Source of the DNA: Eledone cirrhosa
Lineage: Eukaryota
NCBI GenBank assembly: GCA_964016885.1
Contig: OZ024740.1
Location: 351,974,001-352,038,000, forward strand
Length of the DNA: 64,000 bases
Reading direction: 5' to 3'
Part shown: positions 23,936 through 37,726 of the stretch, piece by piece
Layout: each line of letters starts with the position of its first letter
How positions within the stretch are numbered: position 1 is the first letter of the stretch
The notes under the pieces: generated by a model
What the model saw: only the letters and a program-made list of their open reading frames with translations
Told to the model about the DNA's origin: nothing
Database searches by the model: none
Position numbers and translations under genes: made by a program

Positions 23936-24799
23936 ATCTAGTGCTTTCCCACATCCAAATGCACACCAATACGGATACAACATTGTTGCACTAAGTAGAA
24001 GGCGAGACTGTACATAAGCAAGACAACAGATCCCTGGCATGTCAGGGAGATCAGTAACCAGCACTTCAGTACTGACTTGGTCTATGTAGACCCGTCCAAC
24101 TATTGCTAGCAGGAAAAGTGGACGTTAAAACAATTTTTACGTCCGCTTTTCCATGTATGCATGGGTTGGACATTATATATATATATGTATAATGTAGAAA
24201 ATCTCAAAATGGTTGTGAACAAAGCTTAGAAAATCAGGCATAATATTCTTAGGAACAGAAAATAAGTGGCCTCAGGATATTTCACTGTTTTCTAATGCTT
24301 TGGTCATTGTAGCGAATCTGTGTTTGGATTTCAACATAATTTCAAATCCTCCAAATGCCTCTACAAATGTTAAGATATATATTTATGAGGTGATAAAAGC
24401 TGACCTCACAGAATTGCACCTCTTGAAGGCAGTGACATAGGATCGAAATCTCTAGCATTATGCAGTGCTGCAGAAGGCCTATCTTCCATGTGCATGGGAT
24501 GAAACAACATCTAGTGGTCTCTTGTATGCATCATGCACCACTTTTCCCACACTTTCCATACAGCTTCACGTCTTCACCAGATAAGTACGCCACCCTAACC
24601 TACCTCTTCAATCCCCACCCTACATACTCCCCCACATTCCACTTTCAGGCACCTCCCATGACCTACCTCTTCAATCCTCACCCCACCTCCTCTTTCCACT
24701 TCTGAGGCACCCCCTTGACAAACTCATATATACAAGCATGGAAAGGTGAACATGCTCTCCCACAATGCTGCTGAAATGATTAAAAGAGCTCAGCTCACT

Positions 24800-25337
24800 C
24801 CGTAAGGTGGTCGTGTTGGTGACAACAAAAGTCCCTAGTTCACCATACAAGGTGCTCATCTTGGTGCCATGAAAAAAGAACAGCTAGCCTCCCGACAAAA
24901 GTGCCCAGCCCACACTGTAAAGTGGTAATTTTAGTGCCACAACAAAAGGTGCCTGGTCCACACTGTAAAGTGGTAATTTTAGTGCCACAACAAAAGGTGC
25001 CTGGTCCACACTGTAAAGTGGTAATTTTAGTGCCACAACAAAAGGTGCCTGGTCCACACTGTAAAGCGGTCGTTTTGGAGCCATGACAAAAGAGCCCAGT
25101 CTACACTGTGAAGTGATCATCTTGAAGCCACGACAAAAGTGCCCATTTTGGTGCTATGATAAAAAGCCCCCAGTCCACACTGTAAATGTGATTGGCATTA
25201 AGAAGGGCATCCAGCTGTAGAAACCAGGCCAGATATAATTCTGTGTGAGCAAGACACTGTCATCTGGTCTGACTTATCTCACAATGGGACAACTTGTCTA
25301 ACCCATGTTAGTGTGAAAAAAATAAACGATGATGATG

Positions 25338-25340
<3 letters not shown>
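24800..25340 (+). mobile_element. RTE-tail-derived non-autonomous element with a 45-bp tandem array (24905-25185)
   Basis: The unit ccacactgtaaagtggtaattttagtgccacaacaaaaggtgcctggt is repeated, followed by gaagggcatccagctgtagaaac...(gat)n. Confidence 0.8.
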
Positions 25341-25370
<30 letters not shown>

Positions 25371-25598
25371 AAAAATAAATGGAAACAAAGGATCACTACA
25401 GAACAATGAAAAAATATATTAGTTTAATGCATGATATAGAAGGAAAAGAGTGTTTACATTTCAGACACTAGTCCTTCATCAAGAAGATAGAATGACAAAT
25501 GAAAGATGAGATAGAAAGATAGAGATTGAGAAGAAGAATGAACAGAACAAATTTCTTTTTAGAAAAAGCACATGTGTATTGAGTAAGCCAATAAATAA

Positions 25599-25647
<49 letters not shown>

Positions 25648-26640
25648 GTGTGTATATGTGTGTGTGTGTGCATGCACACTCCAATACACAGTCACAAAGA
25701 CAATGTCTATAAGAGTGAAATATATATAACTGAATTGACTGCAGTACATTACTAGAACTTCCCTTGACCCTGAAGGGTGAACCACAAAGTTAGCTCCATT
25801 TGGGGGTTTGATCTTAGAAAAAAACTACTATAATGCACTTAAACTTAACAACACTAGCTAACTAGTTGGACCTTTAAATATATGAATAAATACCTAAAAC
25901 AGAATTACTAATAACTTACAAAAAATATATAAATACTATCGTTATGTATGTAAAGTGACTCTAAAGAAAGTAAGACTTTTTTTTTCTTTGGAAACAAGAT
26001 GATTAAGTTTCATCGTTACCCAAGCAACAATTGGTGAATAAATAAATAAATAAATAAACAGATAGATGCATAAGCAAACAAACAAACTAGTAAATAAATA
26101 ACTAAATAGTAAGATAGATTGAGATCTGACATACAAATCAATAATAATCATAACAAACATTAAAAGCTAGAATACCAATTCCATTGTGTTAGAAGTGATC
26201 ATAGCCTTCCATTCATTGTCAAAATGCTGAGAGAAGAAAATCAATACCACCACTACGGTTATGACTACTACTACTACTGTGGCTATGACTACTACTACTA
26301 CTACTACTACAGCTGTTGGTACCATCACCAATACCAATAGTTTAGATTTATTATAATAAATAATATGTGAAACTATGACTCAGAAATAAAATCTACTTGT
26401 AGCAGCAATGCAACAGTAAGTTTTTTTGAAGAGTTGCTAGTAACATAAGAGTGCATTGAAGTTATCAGATAGCTGACAGTGATAGTGATGGTGGTGGTGA
26501 TGGTCATCTTCGGTGAATAGTGCATGGGGTCACACCAGAAGAACTTGTGTTATAGTTGCAACTCTTTAACTTGTGTTATAGTTGCAACCCTTCAAGAACA
26601 GCAAAACTATGAAAGATTTAATTATTTGCTACAGCCTTAA

Positions 26641-26851
26641 CCCTTTAGCATTTACATTACTCTATATACATTATCGTATTTTCATGGTGAAGGCTCTATC
26701 TTACATAATTATCTCACATAATATTCAATCTACGAGATTTTGATGTTATTTATTTTGAGAACAATAACTTAACATCAGTATGGGCGGCCAGTTTGAACAG
26801 AAAGAGATGAGATAGTTCTGGCCGGAAACAGCCGGTTTAAATGCTTAAGGT
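26641..26851 (-). mobile_element. piggyBac-type MITE family A
   Basis: Reverse-oriented copy with TTAA flanks. Confidence 0.85.
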
Positions 26852-28375
26852 TTAAAATGTTGAGTCTTTTCTTTATTCCTGTCATCAAACTAATTTATTC
26901 TTCTTTCAAACTATTTATACACAGTGGTAAGAAGGCAGCAAATTACCCCAGTATTTGTTCCAGCTCACTGTGCAGTACAGATCTTGCTGAGGTCAACTTT
27001 GCCTTCCTTCCTTTTAAAAATGATAAAGGATAAAGATCCTATAACTCCTTATGAAATCATAGAGGCATCATCAAATGGCATGTCTAAGGCACTTTTAAAC
27101 CTGATGGAGCCCAACCCTCTCCAGGTCTGAATACAGACGATTTTTTTTCTATAGAGGCAAAATCGACCCCAGTACAGGACTGGTACTTTTTTTATCAACC
27201 ACAGCAGGATTTGAACTCAGAGCACGCAATGGGGTTGGACGAATACCATAAAGCATTATATCTGACATCTTAACGACTCCGCCAATTCGCCACCTTGATA
27301 AATAAAATAGCTATTCACAGTGATTAATACAGTGATTAATTCCTCCCTCTTTCTCTCTGGAAAGAAATTGTGTTCTAGCCTAGAAAGGGGAAGTCCATCA
27401 AGTTTTATAATGCTCAAAACATGCTGTATGTCTCTATGATACCCCTATCACTATCAGGCACTACAGGTAAAAAAAAGAGATATACAATGGACAGGTATAC
27501 AAGACAGAAATATATATATATAGTATTAAATGTTTATATATAATATTTATAAGTTAGTCAAAGAATGAGGGGTAGGTGTCAGTCCAGTGTGGATGACTGG
27601 TGGAATTATTAAAGCATTGGAAAAGTTGCCTAATGTTATTGTTCCAGCTCTTTGAGTTCTGAATTCAAATCCTACCATGGCTTACTCCAGTGACCGGCTT
27701 AATTTATTGCTCAGTTTAACACCACCAGCTGGCCTTTGGGTAGTTCTAGTTCAGTCCACTCTGTCCCAAGCATTCAAACAAGATTTCTGGTTTGGGGATT
27801 TGTAACCCCACCTCCATCAGTGATGGAGGCTCTAAATTGAGATGTGGGCACTGTCCTTTCCTTTCTGACTAAACAGCTTAAAAATAATGATGGATGCATG
27901 TTATCTCAGATTGTTGAAATTGATGCGCTTGGTGTTTTATTTGAGCAGCTAAAGTTTAAAGTATGAAGTAGAAAAACCTGAACAGTGAAGTAATTCCAGT
28001 TTTGAAAAGGAAAGGCTTAATCTCTGCCCCCAAAGCATAGTCATACTGTTGGACTACTCAACAACAAAACTAACAGTGTTGTACTATAACGTTGGTCTGA
28101 TCAACAATAATGAGACGCAATTCTATTATTGAGCTGGGCTGGTCCACGAATAGTGGAGCCACAGCTCTATTATTGAAATACTTTAAAGCATGACTAACAA
28201 TTAACTTGTCACTTCAAATTTCAAGTGAATTAAACACTTGTGATGGAACTGTTCCAGTATGGCAATACACATCTCTATAAAGTTAAGTATCCCAAACAGG
28301 ACAAAATGTAGAACTCTTAACTGAACTGAAATGCTGTGTGTTTACTTGACTCAATACCTTTACATATAGATTTAA

Positions 28376-28603
28376 CCTTTTAGCATTTAAACCAGCTGTA
28401 TCCAGCCAGAATGCTCTCACTTCTTTCTATTCAAACAGGCTGTAATTGGCCAGTATGAGTGCATACTGATTTTAAGGTATTGTTCTCAAAATAGATAATA
28501 TCAAAATCTCATAGATTTGATATTATATGAGATAATTATGCGAGGTAAAGACTTTACCACGAAAATATAATAGTATATATAGAGTAATGTAAATATTAAA
28601 GGG
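28376..28603 (+). mobile_element. piggyBac-type MITE family A
   Basis: TTAA flanks and family internal sequence. Confidence 0.85.
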
Positions 28604-29018
28604 TTAAGTGACTTTCTATTCCAGGCAAAAAAAAAGTCCCTTCGCAATCTTCATTTTCAACTATGTCTCTTTCTACTGAGTGTTTACTTCTCCATATAGC
28701 ATTTAAATTTCACTTTACAAATCAATAAATTATCTATTTCTCTATCAACCTCTATCTACCATCGATTGAGCAGCCTATCTGACAAATTAATGAAAGTATC
28801 ATCATGATTGTAGTTGGCGGATTCTATGGCCATATCTGAGAACAATAGGACAGGTACAGTGGTGTATATGGTTTTTTTTTAGGGATTCGTCAGAGTAGGA
28901 TAAGGCTTCCTAGCTAAATGGGAAAATATTGATATCTTCAGACTAAAAACCTGGCCAGAATATTTGTAACAAAATCAATTCTACTAAAAGCACCCAAGGT
29001 TTCAGGGGGTGATATTAA

Positions 29019-29244
29019 CCCTTTTGTTATCAAGCCAGCCAAAATGGCTCAGGTCCTATGAAATAAAACCACTTATTTTGGAGAGATCCTGTTTAAATTA
29101 AAATGTCCAGCATAATCTAATATGAGAACTACATGTTAAGTTACTATCTTAGTAATGAAATAATTAGTAATTTTACTAAATCCCTCAAAATTCTGAATTA
29201 ATTGAAATAGAGTGAACTTTTTTAAAAGTATGGTCACAAAAGGG
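29019..29244 (+). mobile_element. piggyBac-type MITE family B (subfamily)
   Basis: TTAA-cccttttgt...acaaaaggg-TTAA. Confidence 0.75.
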
Positions 29245-31579
29245 TTAAACTGGGAGATGTTTAAGCCTACCATCCAATGGTTATAATTACAAGATATCAA
29301 AGAGGACCATATTTGTTGAAATTCTATTTGAAACACAAACTTTAGAAACCCATCTAACCAACTAGTCATTTATCATCGATGTATGCATGAACTTGATTTT
29401 CTTTCTTGCTATTGACTTTCATTCTTGCTATTGACTTTCATTCTTGCTATTGAATGAGGCAGGCAGATCACCCCAAACATTATTAGTTAGGTATGTATGA
29501 GTGCTGTCACTGTACTTGCCACAGGTCAGACTCAACTCCTGTTGTAGATATAGCTTAGAAAGTGATAGATATCACTAAAGTGACACACACAAGGTACAAA
29601 TAAAATACCATACAATAAGGCCCAGGGAAACTTGTAATGATCTGCATTAACAGTCAGTGAGTATAAAGAGATCAAAAGCAGAATAAATTGGTTTGCTATG
29701 AAGAAATAGAAAAATGTATATTTCTAATAGTATTATACTTCAACTAACAAAAACGTATTATCCAAATTGTTATGCTTTTCTTCTTTCTCGTGACATTTTA
29801 TTCCACTTTTCAATTGAACTGTTTATACAGATAAGTTATCATACATCATCATTCATTGTTTTTACATCCACTTTTTTCCAAGCTTGCATGGGTTGGATGA
29901 GATCTTATATAACAAGTTTTCTATGACTGGGTGTCCTTCATGATGCCAATCCATATATGATTCTAAGTATAAATTATCATACAGTTTAATTAAACGCTGG
30001 TGCCAGGATAGAATGCACTCAGTACACTCTGTAATGTAATTGGTGGTCAAATGGAAACAATATATGTGATAGAGAGGACTCTTCAGTTTGACCAAGCATA
30101 TAGCAACCTCTACTGCTGGTGTTATGATAAAAGGCACCCAATACACTCTGTAAAGGGGTAATTATGGTGCCATGATGAAACATGCCTAATATATTCTGTA
30201 AGGTGGTTGATGTTAAAAAGGGCATTCAGCCATAGAACCCATACCAACTATGGAATGTATGAGCATGATGAAATCTGACAACCTGTCAAACCTATGACAG
30301 AATGGAAAGCAGAGGTTTGATGATGATGATGATGATAATGATGGTGGTGGTGGTGATGATGGTGGTGGTGGTGGTCGTGGTCATGGTGATGATGATGGTG
30401 GAGGTGATGATGGTGGTGGTGATGATGATGATGACAGTGAGTCAGTTTTTATTTGGAGTTACTTCCCTTCCACATGGGTCAAGAGACCAAAACTTGCTTG
30501 TATGTATGATAAGTGTTTTGTATGGTTTCTATGGCTGGATACCTTTCCTTACAACACCCACTTTACAGAGTGATTATATATAATCTTGTTTATAATGACT
30601 GACACAAGTTCATAAGGACTAAAATAATACAACTTATCTAGTTGCCTCAGGTCTACCATCATTTTCATTTTAGATCTGCTTTCCCTACTGGAATGGGATA
30701 GACAGGTTGCCATGGTCTGAGACCAGCCAAATCTGAGCAACTAGATCTTCTTGCTCATACATTCCATATTTGGCATAGTTTCTATGACCAGATGCCCTTC
30801 CTAATGCTAACCATCTTATAAGGTGTACTAGGTGCATTTTTTTCATGGCACCAGCACTACCATTTTACAGAGTGTGCTGGGTGCATTTTTTTCAAGGCTA
30901 TAATTACATCAAATGGAAGGAATCAGGAGAATTATTAAATGTGATTATATATAGTTTTGTATGTAATAAATGCCACAACTTTATTAAGAATAAAGCACAC
31001 TATAGCTTATCTAACAGATCAATCTGTAGTTTAATTTCCTCAATCTTTGATTGGACTTGCATAATTTTCCCCTTGGAAGATATTCCCAGAGGAGGAGAAA
31101 GAGAGTAAAAAATGGTGAAGTCAGAGAAATAAAGGAAGCGGAAAACATGAACATGAAATATGCTGCATGTCGCAATGTAAATTAAAGAAGTGGAATCTAT
31201 TAACCTAGAAGTAGGGGCATCGGAAGTATCATATTCAGATCAATGACGCAATGTTATAAAGACTTGGTAAACTGTTCTGAGGAATTTAACAAGTCCTCCT
31301 CATCCTCTAATAATGTAACAATGCTTAAAGATATACATAGATATGCAATCTCCTATTCCAAACTATTTCTACTGTTGACATTGATACCAAGGGGAAGTGG
31401 GTTCAAAAGTCTGTGTGGCAGTGTAGGATGAAGAAATTACATAAGTAAACAGAGAATTGGGTGAAGAAATAGATGAGTGGAGATGGGGAGAGGGGGAGAG
31501 AAAGGGGGTGGGAGGGGATAAAATAAAAAGACAAAATAACCAAAATAACTTGAGGGGGAAAATGGAGACTGGGAAGTAA

Positions 31580-32190
31580 AAATGAGTGGAGGTGGGAAAG
31601 AGAGAGTGAGTAGAGGTGAGAAAGAGAGAGAGAGAGTGAAGATGAGAAAGAGAGATTGAGTGGAGGCGAGAAAGAGAGATTGAGTGGAGGCGAGAAAGAG
31701 AGATTGAGTGGAGGCGAGAAAGAGTGAGTGAGTGGAGGCGAGGAAGAGTGAGTGAGTGGAGGCGAGGAAGAGTGAGTGAGTGGAGGCGAGAAAGAGAGAT
31801 TGAGTGGAGGCGAGAAAGAGAGATTGAGTGGAGGCGAGGAAGAGTGAGTGAGTGGAGGCGAGGAAGAGTGAGTGAGTGGAGGCGAGGAAGAGTGAGTGAG
31901 TGGAGGCGAGGAAGAGTGAGTGAGTGGAGGCGAGGAAGAGTGAGTGAGTGAGTGGAGGCGAGGAAGAGAGAGTGAGTGGAGATGAGGAAGAGAGTGAGTG
32001 GAGATGAGGAAGAGAGAGTGAGCGGAGATGAGGAAGAGAGAGTGAGCGGAGATGAGGAAGAGAGAGTGAGTGGAGGAAGAGAGAGTGAGTGGAGGTGAGG
32101 AAGAGAGAGTGATTGAAGGTGAGAAAGAGAGAGTGAGTGGAGGTGAGAAAGAGAGAGTGATTGAAGACTGAGAAGCAGGAATAAGTGGAG
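31580..32190. repeat. Purine-rich 24-bp minisatellite
   Basis: Units tgagtggaggcgagaaagagagat / tgagtggaggcgaggaagagtgag. Confidence 0.9.
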
Positions 32191-32282
32191 GTGAAAAAGT
32201 AAGAATGGGTTAAAGTCAAAAAGTATAATTTTTGTGTAAATGAGTGAATTTGTGCAAAACAATGTGTATGAAACAATGAATA

Positions 32283-32627
32283 CAGTTGTACCCCAGTATT
32301 CACGGGGTTTATGTTCCTAGAGCACCCACAAAGAGTGAAAACCAGTGAATATTGGACATGGTCCATAAAAATGCCTAAAAACATCAAAATATAATGTAAA
32401 ATATAATTTTAAAAAAGGGGCGTCCAATAGGCTGTCAAATATGGTATAATGTTATTAATAATTCAGCGTTAAAAAATATATATATTGCCACGAAAGAAAC
32501 CATAAAAAAATTGCGGAAGATGTTTACGATTCTGCAAATATGCAATTGTTTCCACGAACAATTATTAGTTAGGTTCCAAGAAAAATTCCGCAAATAACCA
32601 GGACCCTGAATAACCAGGAGTACACTG
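32283..32627. mobile_element. Tc1/mariner (pogo/Tigger-like) MITE
   Basis: TA-cagttgtacccc.gtattcacgggg ... ccctgaataaccaggagtacactg-TA. Confidence 0.7.
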
Positions 32628-33202
32628 TACATCTATATAAGAAACTATAGATGTAAATAAAGACAAGATTGACTGAGTGAAAACAATAAAGCTAATTTTC
32701 AGATGTGGTTTATATATTTCACAAGATAGTTTTTTTTTGTCTATTTCAGACAACATCTTAAAGTGAAGGCTTAATAAGTGTGGCGGTCTAAAACCATTTA
32801 ATTGACCATTCCCACTAATTTTAACTCAGACTTAGTAGCTTTCTTTCAATCAAAACTGATGTATCTCCTTTCACTATCCTTCAGAGTGACACATTCACAA
32901 TTCTGTCCACTGGGACCGTGAAGTAACCATCTGATGTGTTGTTAAAGACTTGAGATGGCAGCATTATAAATTAATGAATTTTTCATAGTTTTCTGTCCTA
33001 TTTGTTGTTGATCTAACTCCACTCTCCACATGTTTAATAAATCTCATACAAGTCACATCAAAATCACTTTCTTTGCCTCTATATACACATTGTACACCAT
33101 CATGATAAATTCAGTCACTAATTCCCAACAAAACAATAGAGCTTGATAGTATTTTAACCATTACACTGAAATATGTATGTATGTATGTATTCATGTATGT
33201 AT

Positions 33203-33360
33203 GAAGGTGCATGGCTTAGCGATTAAAGCATTTGGCTTGCAATCAGGAGGTTGCAAGTTCAATTCTCAGACTGGGTTATGCATTGTGTCCTTGAGCAAGA
33301 TACTTTATTTCATATTGCTCCAGTTTACTCAACTGTAAAAATGAGCTGTAAAAATGAATG
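33203..33360 (+). mobile_element. SINE family 1, diverged head + CORE-like domain
   Basis: ggtgcatggcttagcgattaaagc...tgtgtccttgagcaagatactttatttcatattgctccagtttactc. Confidence 0.75.
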
Positions 33361-35123
33361 CTTCACTTGCAAAAGAGGGATGACTAAAGAAGAAGAAGAT
33401 GTATGAACCCATAACTCATGGCAGTGTTGTAGAGGCATCATAGTGACATATGGCATTTCTTGGGCATTTTAAACCAGTTGGAGACTATCCCTCTACACAT
33501 TTGAACACAGCTGATTTCTTGCAGAGAGAGAGTAATAGAGAGAAAGTGAAAATGAGATATAGAAGAAGAATTGACCCAGTGCTTGACTGGTACTATATTT
33601 ATTGACCTCAGAGAACAGGGAGCCAGAATGCACAACTCTGCCAATTCACTGCCTCTTCCTCTGAAATAACATACAGCCAAGCTGACTGTTGTCCAAACCA
33701 TATAATTTTCAGCTTTTTCTTTCCAAAAGAGCAAATCCTACGATAGGCCAATAAGTAGCTGCATACTTTATCCTCAGAAAAGTTACCTACCACCCAATCT
33801 TGCCAATAATAAATCTATTGTTCTTATCTCCAACACCCTAAACTAATTTATTCACCTACATTAGCCAATGCTAATTATTTACATTAAATATCAATTGAAG
33901 TTTATAGTTCCAATCAATTAACCCTTACTGTTCATTTATCATAAAATAGAATTGACTTTAACGTTAATCATACATCAAACAAAACTAATTATTTACATTA
34001 ATTGACTTACATTTGATTATTAGAATACGGTTTACATTATTAATCAACCAAAACCAACCATTTAACATTAGTTAGCCATCAACAGAACCCAGTCATTCAC
34101 CTTAACCAATTATCAGAATGAAGTCAACTGTTTGTTAATTAAATACAACTATTTATTTAAGACCTCCATCAACCAAATCCTTCATTCATTCAATGTCTTA
34201 ATATTACATAATAATCATTTACATAAAAACAAGGCCAGAAATATAGATCCAGTGCCTGATTGGTACTATATTTTATCAACCCCAGAAGGATGAAAGGCAA
34301 CGTTGACTTTAGCGGAATTTGAACTCAGAGCCTAAAAAACTAGAACAAATACTACAAGGCATTTTATCCAACTATTTCCTGATTCTTCCAAATCTATCAC
34401 CCTCTTGTAAAATTACATAAATAAAAAACTAAATTTCACTAATCCTTCATTAATTAAATATAAATATTTATTTAAGACAACAGCAAACTAAATTCCTCAT
34501 TTACTCAATGTTGTGACCAAATGTATGAAACCTGAGTAGAATACCAAAATTTAGTGTTTATTTATTATTAACACTATGACTAATTTTTATTATTATTTCA
34601 TTTCAGTCTGGTTTCATACATTTTTATTAAACACTGATGAATCTGAATCAAATCATTGACAATTAATCTCCCGTGCTGCACTGTGTTCTGGAAAAACACT
34701 TAAATCATAATGTTTAGTCTAATGTAATGTATAACTATTTATAATTGGGTTGTTGATGTTTAGTTGCAGATCTGCCCTGATAGAACAGACATGCGATCAA
34801 TGCATCCCATCTTTGACCATTCTATTTTTCCACTAGTCATAGTGCACATACAACCATATTATCCAATGCAGTTCCTCCTTTACTTAAGATAGTAAAGTGA
34901 AATTTGGATGTTATTTTCAGCAGATCGAACGACCACACAGAGGATCCCTTGATAAATTGTAATGCTCCCTCACAAGCTTGTTCAATGGATAATATAAAAT
35001 ACAAATATTCTATAACTGTGACTAAATCTTCATCCATCTTTGTCCCAGGTATTTTCCCATCTTTGCTGTGTCTTGATCAATCAACAGTATGAAATTTCCA
35101 TAATTAAAACTCAGTTTATGGAA

Positions 35124-35321
35124 CCTTTAGCATTTAAACCGATCATATTCAGCCAGAATTCTCTCACCTCTTTCTCTTCAAACCGGTCATAACTAGCCAC
35201 TCATGCTGATGATAAGGTATTGATCTCTAAATATCAAAATCTCGTAGAGATAATTATAAGAGATAAAGCCGTTACTGTGAAAATACAATAGTAACTGTAG
35301 AATAATGTGAATGCTAAAGGA
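35124..35321 (+). mobile_element. piggyBac-type MITE family A
   Basis: Family sequence with small deletions. Confidence 0.8.
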
Positions 35322-37038
35322 TTAAAGGTTCTAAAGCCCTTTGAGCTTTAATACCTATTTGACACAGTTGCCGAGGGATATTTTTGTATCATAGGTCCTC
35401 TTTAAGAGTTTGGCGAAACCTATGGAAAAATATATTTAAATAAATTCTCAGAGAAAAATATATTATGCAAAACCAAATGAATCCTGGTTTCACTTTCTGA
35501 AGATATACAAATTTTTGATAGCCTCATATGATTGGCTTCAGTTATTAATAGAAGTTAGTAAAAGATATGATTGTCTTTTCCTATTATATATTAAGATAAA
35601 ATTCTTGAAATCCATCCACAAACTTCTTCAGTGTCTAGGAACTGCAGATTAATAATGGCTGGCTGAGATATTTTCTCTTCTAGCCACATCTTGATAATTC
35701 AATAAATAGTTTTATAGTTCTGGCTCCCTATTGATCTATCAATACCTTTAGATACCACCCTTCTTAGTTTTTGTGCTGACTGAATCCCAATAAATGAATG
35801 AATGAATGGACTATTAATGGTGGACATACAGAATATGAAAACCATTCATTATGTGTGAGTATGATATATTTGTTGTTCTTGAATTCACAAATAAACTTTC
35901 TATTTTTACTTCCTTCTGTCACATCTGCATCATCATCATGTCTAAGTAAATAATGAGATTTAAACTCATATCTCTGGTAATACAACTGAAAATTATTTAT
36001 AGTTATGGGTTAAACTAACAGACAGCAGAGCATGATGTTTGAAAAAATATTTTTAGTCACATATAATTGCTACAAACATGAAATACTTAAATATTTTTTT
36101 AGTTAGAGTCCTTGCTGCTTGCCAGCAGTCAATAGAATCCTTTATAAATTGCTAAAGTCAACAAATTTAGTACTAAATTCAGGGATAAAATGCATATGGT
36201 AAAACACCAAACTATATATATAATGTCTCCCTTTTCTACCAACATTTTCTTGCATCAGGCACGATGACAGATGTGCCACATATCTTGTTAATTCTTGGAT
36301 TTCTGTAGCACTGTTTTATTATTATGTCTTACAAAACTGGAGTCACAGCTTCCTCATTACAAAACTGTTGCTATTGGAGTTTACACACTTATCTACCCCT
36401 AAAGTGCAAGCAGCACTAAGAATAACCTCAGTCATAATCTCTTACTTGAAGAAACCTGAGACAACAGTATTAGTTTATTGCACTATTTCCCAGTATGTGA
36501 CTGGTACTTCATTTTTATCAATTCCACGTATGTGAAAGTCAAAGTAGACTGTAGTTGAATTTTAACTCAGAACATAAAAGCTTCAACTGAATACTTCAAG
36601 GCATTTTTCTGGTGCTCTAGTGATTCTGTCAATCCACTATCCTAGATGAATAATGGTATTTAGCTTTATATCTGCTATTTTGTTAATCAAATTGCTACTT
36701 TTCATCCTCTTCGAGTTGCTATCATTTAGACTAACGTCATGACAAAGGGATCAGATTTTTAATGATCAGTGTTCTAGCTGTGGCTATCCCATATTTTATT
36801 CAGTCTGTTTCTAAGAAAGGTATCCATTGTTATACCCCCTCATCAAACAAAGAAACTCCTGGTCTGACAACATCAAGGATTAGACAGATCCCAACATTGC
36901 AATCCTTCTATACATGACAGAAAATAAAGGCCAGTGATGACTGACTGACTGTGAAAACGTCTAGAGTGGCACCCCAATGATCAGCTGCTCAACTTGTGGG
37001 AACTTTATCATAATAATGATAGTATAAAAAAGGTTTAA

Positions 37039-37261
37039 CCCTTTAGCATTTAAACCGGCTGTATCCAGCCAGAATTCTCTCACCTCTGTCTATTCAAACC
37101 AGTCGTAATCAGCCACTCATACTGATGTTAAGGTATTGTTCTCAAAATAAATAATATCAAAATCTCATAGATTCGATATTATATGAGATAATTATGTGAG
37201 ATAAAGTCTTTACTGCGAAAATACAATAGTATATATATAGAGTAATGTAAATGCTCAAGGG
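37039..37261 (+). mobile_element. piggyBac-type MITE family A
   Basis: TTAA flanks and TIRs. Confidence 0.9.
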
Positions 37262-37646
37262 TTAATGCTTTTCTTCTTTTTTTACAATAAAAAGAAGATA
37301 TCTATAATAAGGTGGCATGTTTTAGGTTGAAATCAATTCTATAATGAAGGAAGCTGGAAAAGTAAGACTGACCATAATCTGTTTTAGCTGAGACCTGCTT
37401 TTAATATATCAAGTAAGGTTCTTCATTGTTCTAAGTTAACATCTTGCCAGGATCAACTTTGTCATTCATCCAAAGCACATTTAATAATTATCATGGTATA
37501 TTAAATAATTAGGACCAATTCAAGCAACACCATTCCCCTCACCCACAAAACTGGCCTTGTGCCTAATCAAAGAAATCAATACTTTTTCTAATCTTTATCT
37601 CCCTCTTTCACTCACACACACAAGTTATATATATATATACACACAC

Positions 37647-37726
37647 ACTGGGTATCCAAAAAAATGTATACATATTTTGATTAGAATGCTGTTGAAGTGT
37701 GTATACATTTTTGGGGGACACCCTAT
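37647..37726. mobile_element. Tc1/mariner-type MITE (very short)
   Basis: gggtatccaaaaaaatgtataca / tgtatacatttttgggggacaccc. Confidence 0.6.

Noticed and set aside
24880-25185. CRISPR-like regularly spaced repeats
   Set aside because: The units are contiguous tandem copies with no unique spacers, there are no cas genes, and the context is eukaryotic retroelement sequence.
31369-32387. 297-aa and 316-aa repetitive ORFs; likewise 42658-43134 and 49922-50326
   Set aside because: They are open frames through minisatellites or polypurine tracts.
34505-34650. Short inverted repeat (aaatgtatgaaacc / ggtttcatacattt) followed by CTGATGA; also an isolated CTGATGA at ~40014
   Set aside because: I could not build a GAAA plus paired stems I-III, so these are not called as a hammerhead or a C/D snoRNA.
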